Part shown: positions 11,828-21,473 of the stretch, piece after piece | Numbering within the stretch: the first letter of the stretch is position 1 | How the letters are laid out: every line of letters starts with the position of its first letter | Assembly (NCBI GenBank): GCA_963422375.2 | Contig: OY729428.2 | Span: 1,280,001 to 1,344,000, forward strand | Origin: Bryobacterales bacterium | GTDB taxonomy: Bacteria > Acidobacteriota > Terriglobia > Bryobacterales > UBA6623 | Length of the DNA stretch: 64,000 bases | Reading direction: 5' to 3' | Program-made: the position numbers and the translations under genes | Notes under the pieces: generated by a model | The model's input: the letters and a program-made list of their open reading frames with translations, nothing else | The model's database searches: none | What the model was told of the DNA's origin: nothing

Positions 11828-11833
11828 CCGCCC

Positions 11834-12667
11834 CTAGCCGGCCTGGTCGCGGAAGAAATCCAAGGCGCTCCCGATGTACTTCTTCAGCCGCCGCCGCGGC
11901 ACCACCGCGTCGAGCATCCCGTGCTTCAGCAGGAACTCAGCCCTCTGGAACCCCTTGGGGAGCTTCTGGCGGATGGTCTGCTCGATCACGCGCGGCCCGG
12001 CGAAGCCGATCAGAGCGCCCGGCTCGGCGATGTTCAGGTCTCCCAGCATCGCGAAGCTCGCGGTGACCCCGCCGGTCGTGGGGTCGGTCAGAACGCTGAT
12101 GTACGGCACGCGGACCCGCGCGAGATGCTTGAGCGCGGCAGACACCTTGGCCATCTGGACCAAGCTCACCACACCCTCCATCATGCGCGCGCCGCCGGAG
12201 GCGGACACGATGACCAGCGGCTTGCGGTCGCGGGCGGCCAGCTCCGCGGTTCGCGTGAGCTTCTCCCCCACAACCGCGCCCATGCTGCCGCCGATGAAGC
12301 TGTATTCCATCGCGCACACCAGCACGTCGTGGCCCTCGAGCCTGCCGGCGCCGCAAATGACGGCGTCGTTCAGGCCGGTGGTCTGCTTGGCCTGATCCAG
12401 CCGGTCCTGGTACGGCTTGCGGTCATTGAATTGCAGGGCGTTCGTTGAACGGAGGTTTCCGGCGATGTCGTCCCATCTCCCGTCATCGAACAGCATTCCG
12501 AGCCGGTCGCGCGCACCGATCTTGAAATGGAACCCGCAACCCTCGCAAACCATCCCCTGCGCTTCGAGATCCTTTTTCCAGATGGGAGCCGAACACGAAT
12601 CGCACTTGATCCAGAGGCCTTCGGTAACGACTCTCTTGGGTTCGTGCTCGCGCTTGAACCAAGGCAT
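11834..12667 (-). CDS. accD: Acetyl-CoA carboxylase carboxyltransferase beta subunit
   Basis: MPWFK, LWIKC zinc finger, GGSMG, SGGARMMEG, PTTGGVTASFA, FAGPRVIEQT; start ATG 12667. Confidence 0.96.
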   Translation of the reverse strand: MPWFKREHEPKRVVTEGLWIKCDSCSAPIWKKDLEAQGMVCEGCGFHFKIGARDRLGMLFDDGRWDDIAGNLRSTNALQFNDRKPYQDRLDQAKQTTGLNDAVICGAGRLEGHDVLVCAMEYSFIGGSMGAVVGEKLTRTAELAARDRKPLVIVSASGGARMMEGVVSLVQMAKVSAALKHLARVRVPYISVLTDPTTGGVTASFAMLGDLNIAEPGALIGFAGPRVIEQTIRQKLPKGFQRAEFLLKHGMLDAVVPRRRLKKYIGSALDFFRDQAG

Positions 12668-12946
12668 TGGGTGGGGACCCCCAGCGAGGCCGGGTACCCG
12701 CAATATACCGATGATAGCCACTCCGCTTGGCGCGCTCCCAACAAGAGCGGGTCGGAATGGAATTCTCCGCCGCAGCCCGCATCCGCCTAGCCGACGGCCA
12801 AGGCTATCGGCGGTTGAGAGGCGGCAGCCTCCCGGGCGATCCAAGCCCCTTGCGGTAGGCGAGGGGGCGTAGTGCCAAGCGGTCTCGGGAGGAACAGCGC
12901 GGGTCCCATGCGGGCCCGGACCCCGGGGTCGCCCTAGGAGACGACG

Positions 12947-14032
12947 TCAAGCCGCGCAGTGCCCGACGGCGCTAGGCCGCAGAACGTCGGCTGGGGCAGG
13001 AGGCGCTCCGAGCCCGGGGCTGGCCTCCGTCGCGCTCGCCGTTCCGGGGCGCTCCGGCCGCTCGAACAGGGACCTCTGCACCGGCCCTGCCGTCCGGCCC
13101 TCTCCGTCAGGTCCCCACGGCACCGAGGCCGCTAGGCCGTGCTCGCGCCGAATCCGACGGACCCTCTCGGACAACCAGTCGCGGTATCCCGGAGCGACGT
13201 ACGCGCCGCGGTGGTAGTGCGCCTTGTAGCGCACGGCCAAGCGGGGGAACTCGTGCTCGAGGAACGGCATCAGGCGTGCCCTGGCAGCATTGGGCAGGAA
13301 CAGGGGATTGGCGCTCCAGAAACAGGCCTCCGCTTCCAGCGCAGCCTTGGCGACCCCCGACAGAATCTCCCGCGTGTCAGTGAGCAGAGGCAGCACCGGG
13401 GCGCTGAACACGCCTGCGCAAAGGCCGCGGGCGCGCAGCTGGCGCACCGCATCGAGGCGCTTGTCGGGCCGCGGGGCGCGCGGCTCGAGCAGGCGCGCCA
13501 AGGGGTCGTCGGTGGTGGTGATCGTGACGCTGACGTGGAGCTCGTTCCGGGCGGCGATCACGCCAAGCAAGTCGATGTCTCTCAATATCAGGTCGGACTT
13601 GGTCGTGATCCCGAGCGTGCATCCGGAGATCCGCGAGAAGACCTCGAGAATGCCTCTCGTCGTCCCGAAGCGCCGCTCGGCGGGCTGGTATGGGTCCGTG
13701 CCGGTGCCGATCGCGATGGCCCCCTCGAGACCGCGAGCAAGTTCGCGCGCGAGCAGGTCCTTGGCCTGCTCCTTCGAGAACACGAGGGAGTCGAACTGGC
13801 CCGGGTCCTCGATCCCGAGGTACTTGTGCGTGTAGGCGGCGTAGCAGTAGTGGCAGCCGATCTCGCAGCCGCGGTACGGGTTGATTGTCCAGCGGAACGG
13901 CATGCGGGGGTTCGCGCAGCGGTTTAGGATGCTTTTCGACGGGAGGGCGCGGTACTCGACTTTGCGCTTCCTCGCAAGAGTCTTGCCGCTCGCGGCCAAG
14001 GCGGCGATCCCAATGGGCTGTTGGTCGGGCAT
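12947..14032 (-). CDS. Radical SAM protein, spore-photoproduct-lyase-like DNA repair family (Rv2578c/PA0069-like)
   Basis: INPYRGCEIGCHYCYA (CxxxCxxC), TDPYQPAE, ITTKS.LILRD, LEPRAP. Confidence 0.88.
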   Translation of the reverse strand: MPDQQPIGIAALAASGKTLARKRKVEYRALPSKSILNRCANPRMPFRWTINPYRGCEIGCHYCYAAYTHKYLGIEDPGQFDSLVFSKEQAKDLLARELARGLEGAIAIGTGTDPYQPAERRFGTTRGILEVFSRISGCTLGITTKSDLILRDIDLLGVIAARNELHVSVTITTTDDPLARLLEPRAPRPDKRLDAVRQLRARGLCAGVFSAPVLPLLTDTREILSGVAKAALEAEACFWSANPLFLPNAARARLMPFLEHEFPRLAVRYKAHYHRGAYVAPGYRDWLSERVRRIRREHGLAASVPWGPDGEGRTAGPVQRSLFERPERPGTASATEASPGLGAPPAPADVLRPSAVGHCAA

Positions 14033-14040
14033 ACGCTGAT

Positions 14041-14055
14041 TTTCGCATTATATTC
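14041..14055. promoter_or_regulatory. Possible LexA box (degenerate GTTC-N7-GTTC direct repeat) at the radical SAM gene start
   Basis: TTTC-gcattat-ATTC, 9 bp upstream of the ATG of a DNA-repair-type gene. Confidence 0.3.
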
Positions 14056-14899
14056 CCTTAAATGCAAGGGTCGGGGAGGCATTTTAGCGAAATTCGCACG
14101 AAGAAGCGTAGTCTTCGAGGAAGTGCTCAGGTACGGAACACGGGCGATCACCTGTCTGGAGACATTGAATTCGGTCGGAGCCCTCGCACGGGGCGGTGGG
14201 GCGATAGCCCTCGTTCCGCGCTTCGGCCCGCTAGAGCGGGTTCCATCGAGCGTCCGGCCGGGCGCGTCGGTTTCGCGGCGAGCCACCGGCGCGGTTCGGA
14301 GCCAGGCCCCCCCCCGCCAGCGGCGCAGCTGCTCGCAGCGACTCCCGCGCCGACCGCCGGGCCGGCTTAACCGCCGCTTCGCACTCGCAGGCGAAGGGTT
14401 CGCCCTCTCAGTAACAGCACTCCGCACGCGCTGTCCGCCCCAGGCGCGCGTTGATCAAGTCCCTGCCCTACGAGTCAAGACTCCTAGCACCACGGTCGGC
14501 ACTGCAACAGCCGCCTCGGCCAGCTCGCAGGAGCGGTGGGCATTCAGCAGCCACCCAAGTGCGCGCCCCCGCCCACGCACACCTCGTCCTCTCTCTACAG
14601 GTCCAGCGGCTTGCTCGCGACCATCTCATTGACCGTCTTCTCAACCACTTACGAGTCAGGATCTCCGACGAACGTATGGCGGAGAACTTTGACTTTCCGA
14701 GCTTGTGTCTCATTCTTCAGGTGCCCTAGCGTCCAAGGCAGCGCTACAACTTTCCCGATCTCGCGCGCGGCGATTCAGAAGGATCTAACGTATTCGCCCT
14801 GAGGAGTTCCGCCGACCCGCCCTTGTATTCATTCATTCCCACCCTTGTGGGCTACGACACAGGACTGACTCTGGTTGATACCTCGTTCCAATGCAATCG

Positions 14900-15324
14900 A
14901 CGTCAATGGTGCGCCTTCACTGGTTCACTGTCAAGCATCTCAAGGCAATGCGTGGTCATGACCACTTGCACATAATGACTAGAATATTCCATTAGGTCAA
15001 GAATTGTCCCATACGCTTCGGGATGAACAGAGGACTCAGGCTCCTCAACAGCCAGTAGCTATAATGCCTAGGTCTCCCGCTCTACCCCCTCGCTAGCTTC
15101 CGTTCCTTAGTTGTTCCTACTACTGAGATTCCTCTTCTGCTATCAAATACCTGTTCCGAAGGATGGTTCATCCATTCAGATGGAAGCTCAAGAGCGGCCA
15201 TCAAGTTACTCTTTCCCAATCCATTTGTCCCTCCAATCACTGTGAATTCATCGAATTCTATGCCCCTCGAAGCGCAGCTCAGAAATCCGTTCAATGTCAG
15301 GCGAGTCAATCTCGGCTCAATCAC
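14900..15324 (-). pseudogene. Decayed AAA/ABC-type ATPase (AAA_21/RecF-like)
   Basis: 'LTRLTLNGFLS...GGTNGLGKSNL' Walker A fragment, with a downstream out-of-ORF 'VEEPESSVHP' Walker B remnant; multiple stops, low GC. Confidence 0.65.
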
Positions 15325-15625
15325 GATTCACTTGATCGCTTCAAGCAGTTTGGAGAATACTGACCCATAAGGGACCCCAATGGCAATGCGTGGGCTACTG
15401 CTCGAGTAGCCTTCGGGCAGCATTCAGGGAATCACGGACCGTCCACGAGTGCGATCGAAGCCACGAGCCGCGTTGCAACGCAGTCATGAACTCCAGCCTT
15501 GAGGGGAGATTCGCTGGCCCCGTGTCAGAGACGGTGGGCTTCGGAACAGCACCAAAGCAAATTGCCGCGACGACGGGAAGTTCTGGAGATCCCGCCCATC
15601 AACGTCCAGCGGCCACACCACGGCC

Positions 15626-16729
15626 CTAAGAATGCACTGCGCCCGTCAGGATCCCCAGCATCCTGCGGAGGGGCTCGGCGGCCCCCCAGAGCAGTTGGTC
15701 CCCCACAGTGAAGGCCCCGAGATAGCCCGGTCCAAGCTTCAGCTTGCGGACACGTCCGACCGCAATGTCGAGCGTCCCGGCAACGGCGGCAGGCGTCAGG
15801 CCACCAAGCGTCTCTTCCTTAGTGTTACCCACGACCCGCACCCAAGGGTTCCCGTTCCGCAACAGAGCGAGCGATTCTTCAAGGGACACGTCTCGGGAGA
15901 GCTTGATGCAAAGTGCCTGGCTGTGGCATCGCAGGGCGTCCACTCGGGCGCACGTTCCGTCGATCCTGACCGGCGGGTCGGCCGCCAGCAGCCTGCTCGC
16001 CTCCACGCTCGCCTTCCACTCCTCCCTAGTCTGACCGCCCTCCATCGCGGCGTCAATCCACGGGAGTACGTTGCAGGCCAAGGGCGCGCCGATCTCCCCT
16101 GTCGGCAGAGACTCCAGTCGCTGCAGGCCGGTGATCGCCCTCTCGGTCTCGACGCTCGAGAGGGTTTCCAAGTCGGTGTCGGAGAGGGCCATGTGCCGCA
16201 TCTGCCGCGCCAGCTCCGAAAGCTTGCGGGCACCCGCGCCGGAGACCGCCTGATATGTCATCGTGCTGACCCACTCGACCAGCCCCGCGCGAAAGAGGCC
16301 TCCGACGGCCATAAGAAGCAGGCTCACCGTGCAGTTCGCCCCGATGAAATCGCGGCACCCGGCGCGAAGGCGCTCGCGAATCCGGTCGCCGTTGACCGGA
16401 TCCAGCACCAAGGTCGCGTCCTCTCTCAGCCGCAGCCTCGACGATGCGTCGATCCAGTAGCCGGCCCATCCGGCCCGACGCAGCGGATCGTAGACATCCG
16501 ACGTGTAGCCTCCACCCTGGCAGGTCAGAATGACATCGCATGCCCGGAGTCTGGAGAGGTCGCGGGCGTCCTGCAGGGTCGCGGTGGAACTCTCGCTCGG
16601 GGCGAGCCCCCCGGCATTCGACGTACTGAAGAAGCGAAACTCCGCCTTCCGGAAATCCCCCTCCGCACGCATCCGCTCCGCGAGGACGCTGCCGACCATC
16701 CCGCGCCAGCCGACGAATCCTACCCGCAT
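15626..16729 (-). CDS. asd: Aspartate-semialdehyde dehydrogenase (proteobacterial/E. coli type)
   Basis: VGFVGWRGMVGSVL, TCQGGGYT, YWIDASS, GANCTVSL, TYQAVSGAGA, TVGDQLLWGAAEPLRRML. Confidence 0.96.
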   Translation of the reverse strand: MRVGFVGWRGMVGSVLAERMRAEGDFRKAEFRFFSTSNAGGLAPSESSTATLQDARDLSRLRACDVILTCQGGGYTSDVYDPLRRAGWAGYWIDASSRLRLREDATLVLDPVNGDRIRERLRAGCRDFIGANCTVSLLLMAVGGLFRAGLVEWVSTMTYQAVSGAGARKLSELARQMRHMALSDTDLETLSSVETERAITGLQRLESLPTGEIGAPLACNVLPWIDAAMEGGQTREEWKASVEASRLLAADPPVRIDGTCARVDALRCHSQALCIKLSRDVSLEESLALLRNGNPWVRVVGNTKEETLGGLTPAAVAGTLDIAVGRVRKLKLGPGYLGAFTVGDQLLWGAAEPLRRMLGILTGAVHS

Positions 16730-16781
16730 CCTGCTCAGGCTTGCCGACGGGCCTTGGACCGCGGCCACGCCTACGGAGAAC

Positions 16782-17030
16782 TCAGCCGTCGCTGGCAGAA
16801 TCCTGCGCCTCGGCCCCCTGCCAAGCGCTGATCTTTAGCCGCCAGCATACCCAGCAGAGACCCTCCGAGCGCTGCGTCGCATCCGGCGCCGCACAGATCC
16901 GGCAGGCCAGTCTAGCCGGCGGTTCGGCAGGGAATACATGCTCCTTGACGTTGTCGATTTCCCTGACTGCGTCGAGCAGGGGCGGGCGGGCCGGAACTTC
17001 GACGGTCTGAGTCTTGGTTGCCTTGCGCAT
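16782..17030 (-). CDS. Small hypothetical protein with CxxC...CxxC (putative zinc-binding)
   Basis: 82-aa ORF with CRIC and CWVC, co-oriented between DUF1501 and asd. Confidence 0.55.
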   Translation of the reverse strand: MRKATKTQTVEVPARPPLLDAVREIDNVKEHVFPAEPPARLACRICAAPDATQRSEGLCWVCWRLKISAWQGAEAQDSASDG

Positions 17031-17143
17031 CGCTCGCACCTGTTTGTCGCATCTTAAGCCTAGCGCATCGCAGGCCCGGCGCGTCAGCACCGAAGACTGC
17101 GCTCTTCGGTGCCCATCAATTCGATCCGAGCGCCAGCTCGCAG

Positions 17144-18580
17144 TCAGGCCAGCAGCTTGTCTACCACCGTCCCAGCGACGTCCGTGAGACGGAAATCGCG
17201 GCCCTGGTGCCGGTAGGTCAGGCGCTCGTGATCAAACCCTAGGCAGTGGAGGAGGCTCGCCTGCAGATCATGCACATGGACCCGGTCCTCGACCGCCTCG
17301 AGCCCGATGTCGTCGGTCCTCCCGACTACCCGGCCGGCCGCGATCCCCCCGCCGGCCAGCCACATGCTGAAGCAGTCGGGATGGTGGTCCCGGCCGGGAT
17401 CCTCGTCCTGCCGGTCGATCTGCGCCATGGGCGTCCGCCCGAACTCGCTGGCCCAGATGACCAGCGTGGAGTCCAGCAGTCCGCGCTGCTTGAGGTCCTT
17501 GACGAGGGCGGCCGTGGGCCGGTCGACAGCGGCGCAGTTTCTCGCGTGGCCCTTGTCCAGCTCCTTGTGGTCGTCCCAGTCTCCGTGGGTCAGCATCACG
17601 AAGCGGACTCCTCGCTCGACCATCCGACGCGCCAGCAGGCAGTTCGTGCCGTACGCGTGGGTGGCCTCCTGCCCGATCCCGTACGACTCGAGAAGGCGGT
17701 CGGGCTCGCCGGAAAAGTCGAGCAGGCGCGGCACCGCGATCTGCATGCGGAAGGCCAGCTCGTACGAGGCGATGCGGGCGGCTATCTCCATGTCGCCGGT
17801 CCGTCGCAGCCGCCTTTGGTTGAGATCCCGGATCGTTTCGATACGCGCGCGCTGAAGCTCCTCGGTAATGCCCTCCGGGTTGGAGACGTAGAGAATCGAA
17901 TCCCCGACCGAGCGGAAGCGCGTTCCTTGGTAGGCCGACGGCAGGAATCCGTTGGACCAGATGTTGGAGCCGGCGTTCGGCCCCTTGCCCGATCCGAGGA
18001 CCACGAATCCCGGAAGGTCGCGGGACTCGCTGCCGAGGCCGTAGGCCACCCACGACCCGACCGAGGGCCGGCCGAATTGCGTGACGCCCGTGGAGAGCAG
18101 CAGCGCGCCCGGGTCGTGATTGAAGGCCTCCGTATGCATGGTGCGGATCATGCAGATGTCGTCGGCGCAGGTCCCTAGATGCGGCAGCCAGTCCGAGAAC
18201 TCGATGCCGCTCCGGCCGTGAGGCCGGAAGGTGCGGGCACTGGGCATGATCTTCGCGTTCGGCTTGATGAAGGCCAGCTTGAGGTCCTTCGTGCGCGAGG
18301 GCGGCAGCGGCTGCCCGGCCCACTTGGCGAGACCCGGCTTGGGATCGAACAGATCCAGCTGGCTGGGCGCTCCCGACTGGTAGATGAGGATGGCGTTCGT
18401 CGCCTTGGGGGCGAAGTGCGGCTCCCTCGGATCCAGCGGATTCGCGTCGCCCGCATCCGTCGCCGTCCGGCCTTCCACAGCGAGCAGGTCCGCCAGCGCC
18501 GCCGTGCCGAGACCGCCCGAGCACCTCTCCAAGAAACCCCGCCGGGCAATGATGCGCCGGAAGTCGGCCGGGTTCTGCAT
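17144..18580 (-). CDS. DUF1501 domain protein (Tat-type N-terminus)
   Basis: RRGFL Tat-like motif, GAPSQLDLFDPKP, CLLARRMVERGVRFV, DLKQRGLLDSTLV, EFGRTP, GRDHHP, GRDFRLTDV. Confidence 0.92.
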   Translation of the reverse strand: MQNPADFRRIIARRGFLERCSGGLGTAALADLLAVEGRTATDAGDANPLDPREPHFAPKATNAILIYQSGAPSQLDLFDPKPGLAKWAGQPLPPSRTKDLKLAFIKPNAKIMPSARTFRPHGRSGIEFSDWLPHLGTCADDICMIRTMHTEAFNHDPGALLLSTGVTQFGRPSVGSWVAYGLGSESRDLPGFVVLGSGKGPNAGSNIWSNGFLPSAYQGTRFRSVGDSILYVSNPEGITEELQRARIETIRDLNQRRLRRTGDMEIAARIASYELAFRMQIAVPRLLDFSGEPDRLLESYGIGQEATHAYGTNCLLARRMVERGVRFVMLTHGDWDDHKELDKGHARNCAAVDRPTAALVKDLKQRGLLDSTLVIWASEFGRTPMAQIDRQDEDPGRDHHPDCFSMWLAGGGIAAGRVVGRTDDIGLEAVEDRVHVHDLQASLLHCLGFDHERLTYRHQGRDFRLTDVAGTVVDKLLA

Positions 18581-18582
18581 GG

Positions 18583-21447
18583 TCACTCCCTTGTTAGGAA
18601 CTCGTCCAGGTTCAGCAGCGCGCTGCCGAGGGTGACCCAAGTCGCGCCGTCCAACTGCGACGCCCCGGGAATTCGCACGCCGAAGAGGCGCTCGACCGAA
18701 TCCGGGGTGCGCTCCAGGATCGCCCGCTGGCTATCCCAAGAAGCTCGCAGCGACTCCATCTCGCCGGAATCCGGATCCCGCGCGAGGCAGAGGCGGAAGA
18801 CCGCCCGCAAGCGGGCGTCGCGACCGCCGTCAAACTCCGTCACCACCCGGACCGCCAAGGCCTGCGCGGCTTCGAGAAAGACCGGATCGTTAAGGAGGTT
18901 CAGCGCTTGGAGAGGCGTGTTCGTCCGGCCCCGGCGACAGGCCGGCTCATAGGTGTCCGGCATGTCGAACGCGCTGAGCAGGGGGTACGGCGCCATGCGC
19001 TGGTACTGGATATAGATGCCCCGCCGATACCTGTCCGGCCCCTCGCTGGGAACCCAGTCGCCGTCCCCGTCGCTGCCCAGCCGTCGCGCTCCCGGCGGCT
19101 GGGGCGGGCGAATGCTGCGCCCGCCAACCCGCGTGTCGAGGAGGCCTGCCACGGCGAGCGTCGAATCGCGGATCAGCTCCGCGGGCAGGCGCACTCGCGC
19201 CTGGCGGGCCGCAAGGGCGTTGGCGGGGTCAATGGTTGCTAGATCCTCGCGCCAGTCCGACGACTGACGGTAGGCAGCGGACATCACGACCGTCTTCACC
19301 AAGCGCTTCCAGCTCCAGCCCCCGTCGACGAAGTCGCGAGCGAGCCAGTCAAGGAGCTCGGGATGGGAAGGCCTCGCGCCCTGGGAACCGAAGTTCTCGG
19401 GCGTCGCGACCAAGCCGCGACCGAAGAGCTCTTGCCAGATCCGGTTCGCCGCGACCCGCGCGGTGAGCGGATTGTCCGGCGAGACGATCCAGTTGGCGAG
19501 GTCGATCCGGGTCAGGCCCGACGAAGGCCCGGCGTTCGGGAGCCACGCCGGCACGCCGGGCTCCACCGGGATGCCGGGGGCCTTGTAGCTGCCGCCGAGA
19601 TAGACGTGGGTCTGGCGCGGCCGGTCCTCCAAGCGCACTGCCTGGGCCTCTCCGAACGCGGGCAGCGAGGCATCGAGCTCCTTCAGCCGGGTCGCGAGCT
19701 CTTCGTAGCCGAGCCGCTCGTACTCCTCCTTGCTCAGGACCCGCTTGTACTCCCTCACGAAAAAATCCGTCAGCGCCTTCTCGTGTCGCACGGAGCGACG
19801 CTCTTGAGGCGTCCGGATGATGCGCTCGCCAAGATTGACGTAGGTGCGGAGCTCGTCGAAGGTGACGTCCCACTCGGCGGACTCCCCGGGGTGCTCAGCG
19901 GCCCAGAGCACTCTCTCCTCCCACGGCGGCTTTCTCTCGAAGACGCCGTGCTCCTCCAGCAGCTGGCGCCGCCGCCGCTGGTAGCCGGGCAGCGCTGCTA
20001 GGCGCGGCCCTCGCTCGCCCGGCAGGGGCGCGTCGATGTCGACTTCCTCGAGGCCGTTGAAGAACGCGAACAGCCGGTAGTACTCCTCCTGCGTGAGCGG
20101 GTCGTACTTGTGATCGTGGCACTGGGCGCAGCCCACCGTCAGCCCGAGCCAGACCGTGCCGACGGCGTTGGTGCGGTTCACCACCTGCTCGAAGCGCCAT
20201 TCCTCGGGATCCGAGCCGCCCTCCGTGTTGGTAGGAGTGTTGCGGTGGAAGCCGGTGGCGACGTGCTGGGCGACCGTCCGGCGCGGCAGCATGTCTCCCG
20301 CGATCTGCTCGAGCGTGAAGCGGTCGAAGGGCATGTCGGAACCGAACGCCTGGATGACCCAGTGCCGGTAGCGCCAAGCGTGGGGCCGGAAGTTGTCGCC
20401 GCGGAAGCCGTCACTGTCCGCGTAGCGCGCGAGGTCGAGCCAGAAGCGGGCCCACTTCTCCGCGTAATGGGGGGAGTCCAGCAGGCTGTCCACGAAGTCC
20501 TCGTATGCCTGCGGGCGCGCGTCCCTCAGAAAGCCTTCCAGCTGGGCGGGCGTCGTGGGCAGGCCCGTCAGGTCGAGGCTCAGCCGCCTTGCCAAGGCTT
20601 CCCTGGACGCGCGCGGCGACGGCTCGATCCCCTCGGACTCGAGCCGGGCGAGCACGAACCGGTCGACCTCGTTTCGCGGCCACGACACGTCCTTCACGGC
20701 GGGCAGCGCCGGCCTGGCCAGCGGCTGGAAGGCCCAGTGGGCGGCCCGAGGCCGGTCGCCGCCGGAGGACTCGGCGCGCGATCGCGGCCATTCGGCGCCG
20801 CGGTCGATCCAAGCCCTCAGCCGACCGATCTCCGCGTCCGTCAGGGACTCGCCCGCCGGCGGCATCGTCTTGCCTCCAATAGCCCCCGCCACCATCAGCA
20901 CCAGCTTGCTGGCGGCGCTATCGCCGGGCACAATGACCGGGCCGCCGTAGCTGCCTCGGAGCGCGTCGGCGCCCCGGTCGAGACGCAGCCCCTGCATCTG
21001 CTGGTCGGGGCCGTGGCAGGAGTGGCAGCGCGCCGCGAGAAGCGGCTCGACATCGCGCCGGAAATCGACGGAGCCGCCGGACGGAGGAGGCAGGGCCGGA
21101 GCGGCCGCGAGGGGCCAGATCCAAGCGGCTGCCGCCACCAATAGGATCGGCGGCGCCGCGGCGACCGGGCCCGAGCGATTCTCTTGCAGGCTGATTCCGT
21201 CCGCTCTCACCGTCGTCGAGACGGGCCCGCCAAGAGGCCGACCCGCGAGCTGCGGCAGGCTCTCGCCGGCAGCCCCGTCGCAATATAGCAACGGGCACCG
21301 CGAAGCGCCATATCCAAGGGTTCGAATCGACGCCGGGCCCAGCGAATGCTCTCCGGGAATCCGAGAAACCCGGCCTCGAAGAGCGTCGGGGGCGATCCCT
21401 GCAGCTCGGGACGCGGCCGGACGGGCCGAGGGGCCCATACGGAGCAC
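18583..21447 (-). CDS. Planctomycete cytochrome c / PSD1 (DUF1549, DUF1553) domain protein; true start probably downstream of 21447
   Basis: CHSCH heme motif, HWAF, WLDLARYADS, CAQCHDHKYDP, NPLTARV, PSHPELLDWLA, NTPLQALNLLN; canonical partner of DUF1501. Confidence 0.9.
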   Translation of the reverse strand: MLRMGPSARPAASRAAGIAPDALRGRVSRIPGEHSLGPASIRTLGYGASRCPLLYCDGAAGESLPQLAGRPLGGPVSTTVRADGISLQENRSGPVAAAPPILLVAAAAWIWPLAAAPALPPPSGGSVDFRRDVEPLLAARCHSCHGPDQQMQGLRLDRGADALRGSYGGPVIVPGDSAASKLVLMVAGAIGGKTMPPAGESLTDAEIGRLRAWIDRGAEWPRSRAESSGGDRPRAAHWAFQPLARPALPAVKDVSWPRNEVDRFVLARLESEGIEPSPRASREALARRLSLDLTGLPTTPAQLEGFLRDARPQAYEDFVDSLLDSPHYAEKWARFWLDLARYADSDGFRGDNFRPHAWRYRHWVIQAFGSDMPFDRFTLEQIAGDMLPRRTVAQHVATGFHRNTPTNTEGGSDPEEWRFEQVVNRTNAVGTVWLGLTVGCAQCHDHKYDPLTQEEYYRLFAFFNGLEEVDIDAPLPGERGPRLAALPGYQRRRRQLLEEHGVFERKPPWEERVLWAAEHPGESAEWDVTFDELRTYVNLGERIIRTPQERRSVRHEKALTDFFVREYKRVLSKEEYERLGYEELATRLKELDASLPAFGEAQAVRLEDRPRQTHVYLGGSYKAPGIPVEPGVPAWLPNAGPSSGLTRIDLANWIVSPDNPLTARVAANRIWQELFGRGLVATPENFGSQGARPSHPELLDWLARDFVDGGWSWKRLVKTVVMSAAYRQSSDWREDLATIDPANALAARQARVRLPAELIRDSTLAVAGLLDTRVGGRSIRPPQPPGARRLGSDGDGDWVPSEGPDRYRRGIYIQYQRMAPYPLLSAFDMPDTYEPACRRGRTNTPLQALNLLNDPVFLEAAQALAVRVVTEFDGGRDARLRAVFRLCLARDPDSGEMESLRASWDSQRAILERTPDSVERLFGVRIPGASQLDGATWVTLGSALLNLDEFLTRE

Positions 21448-21473
21448 CCGCCCGAGCGCCCTATACTGACACC

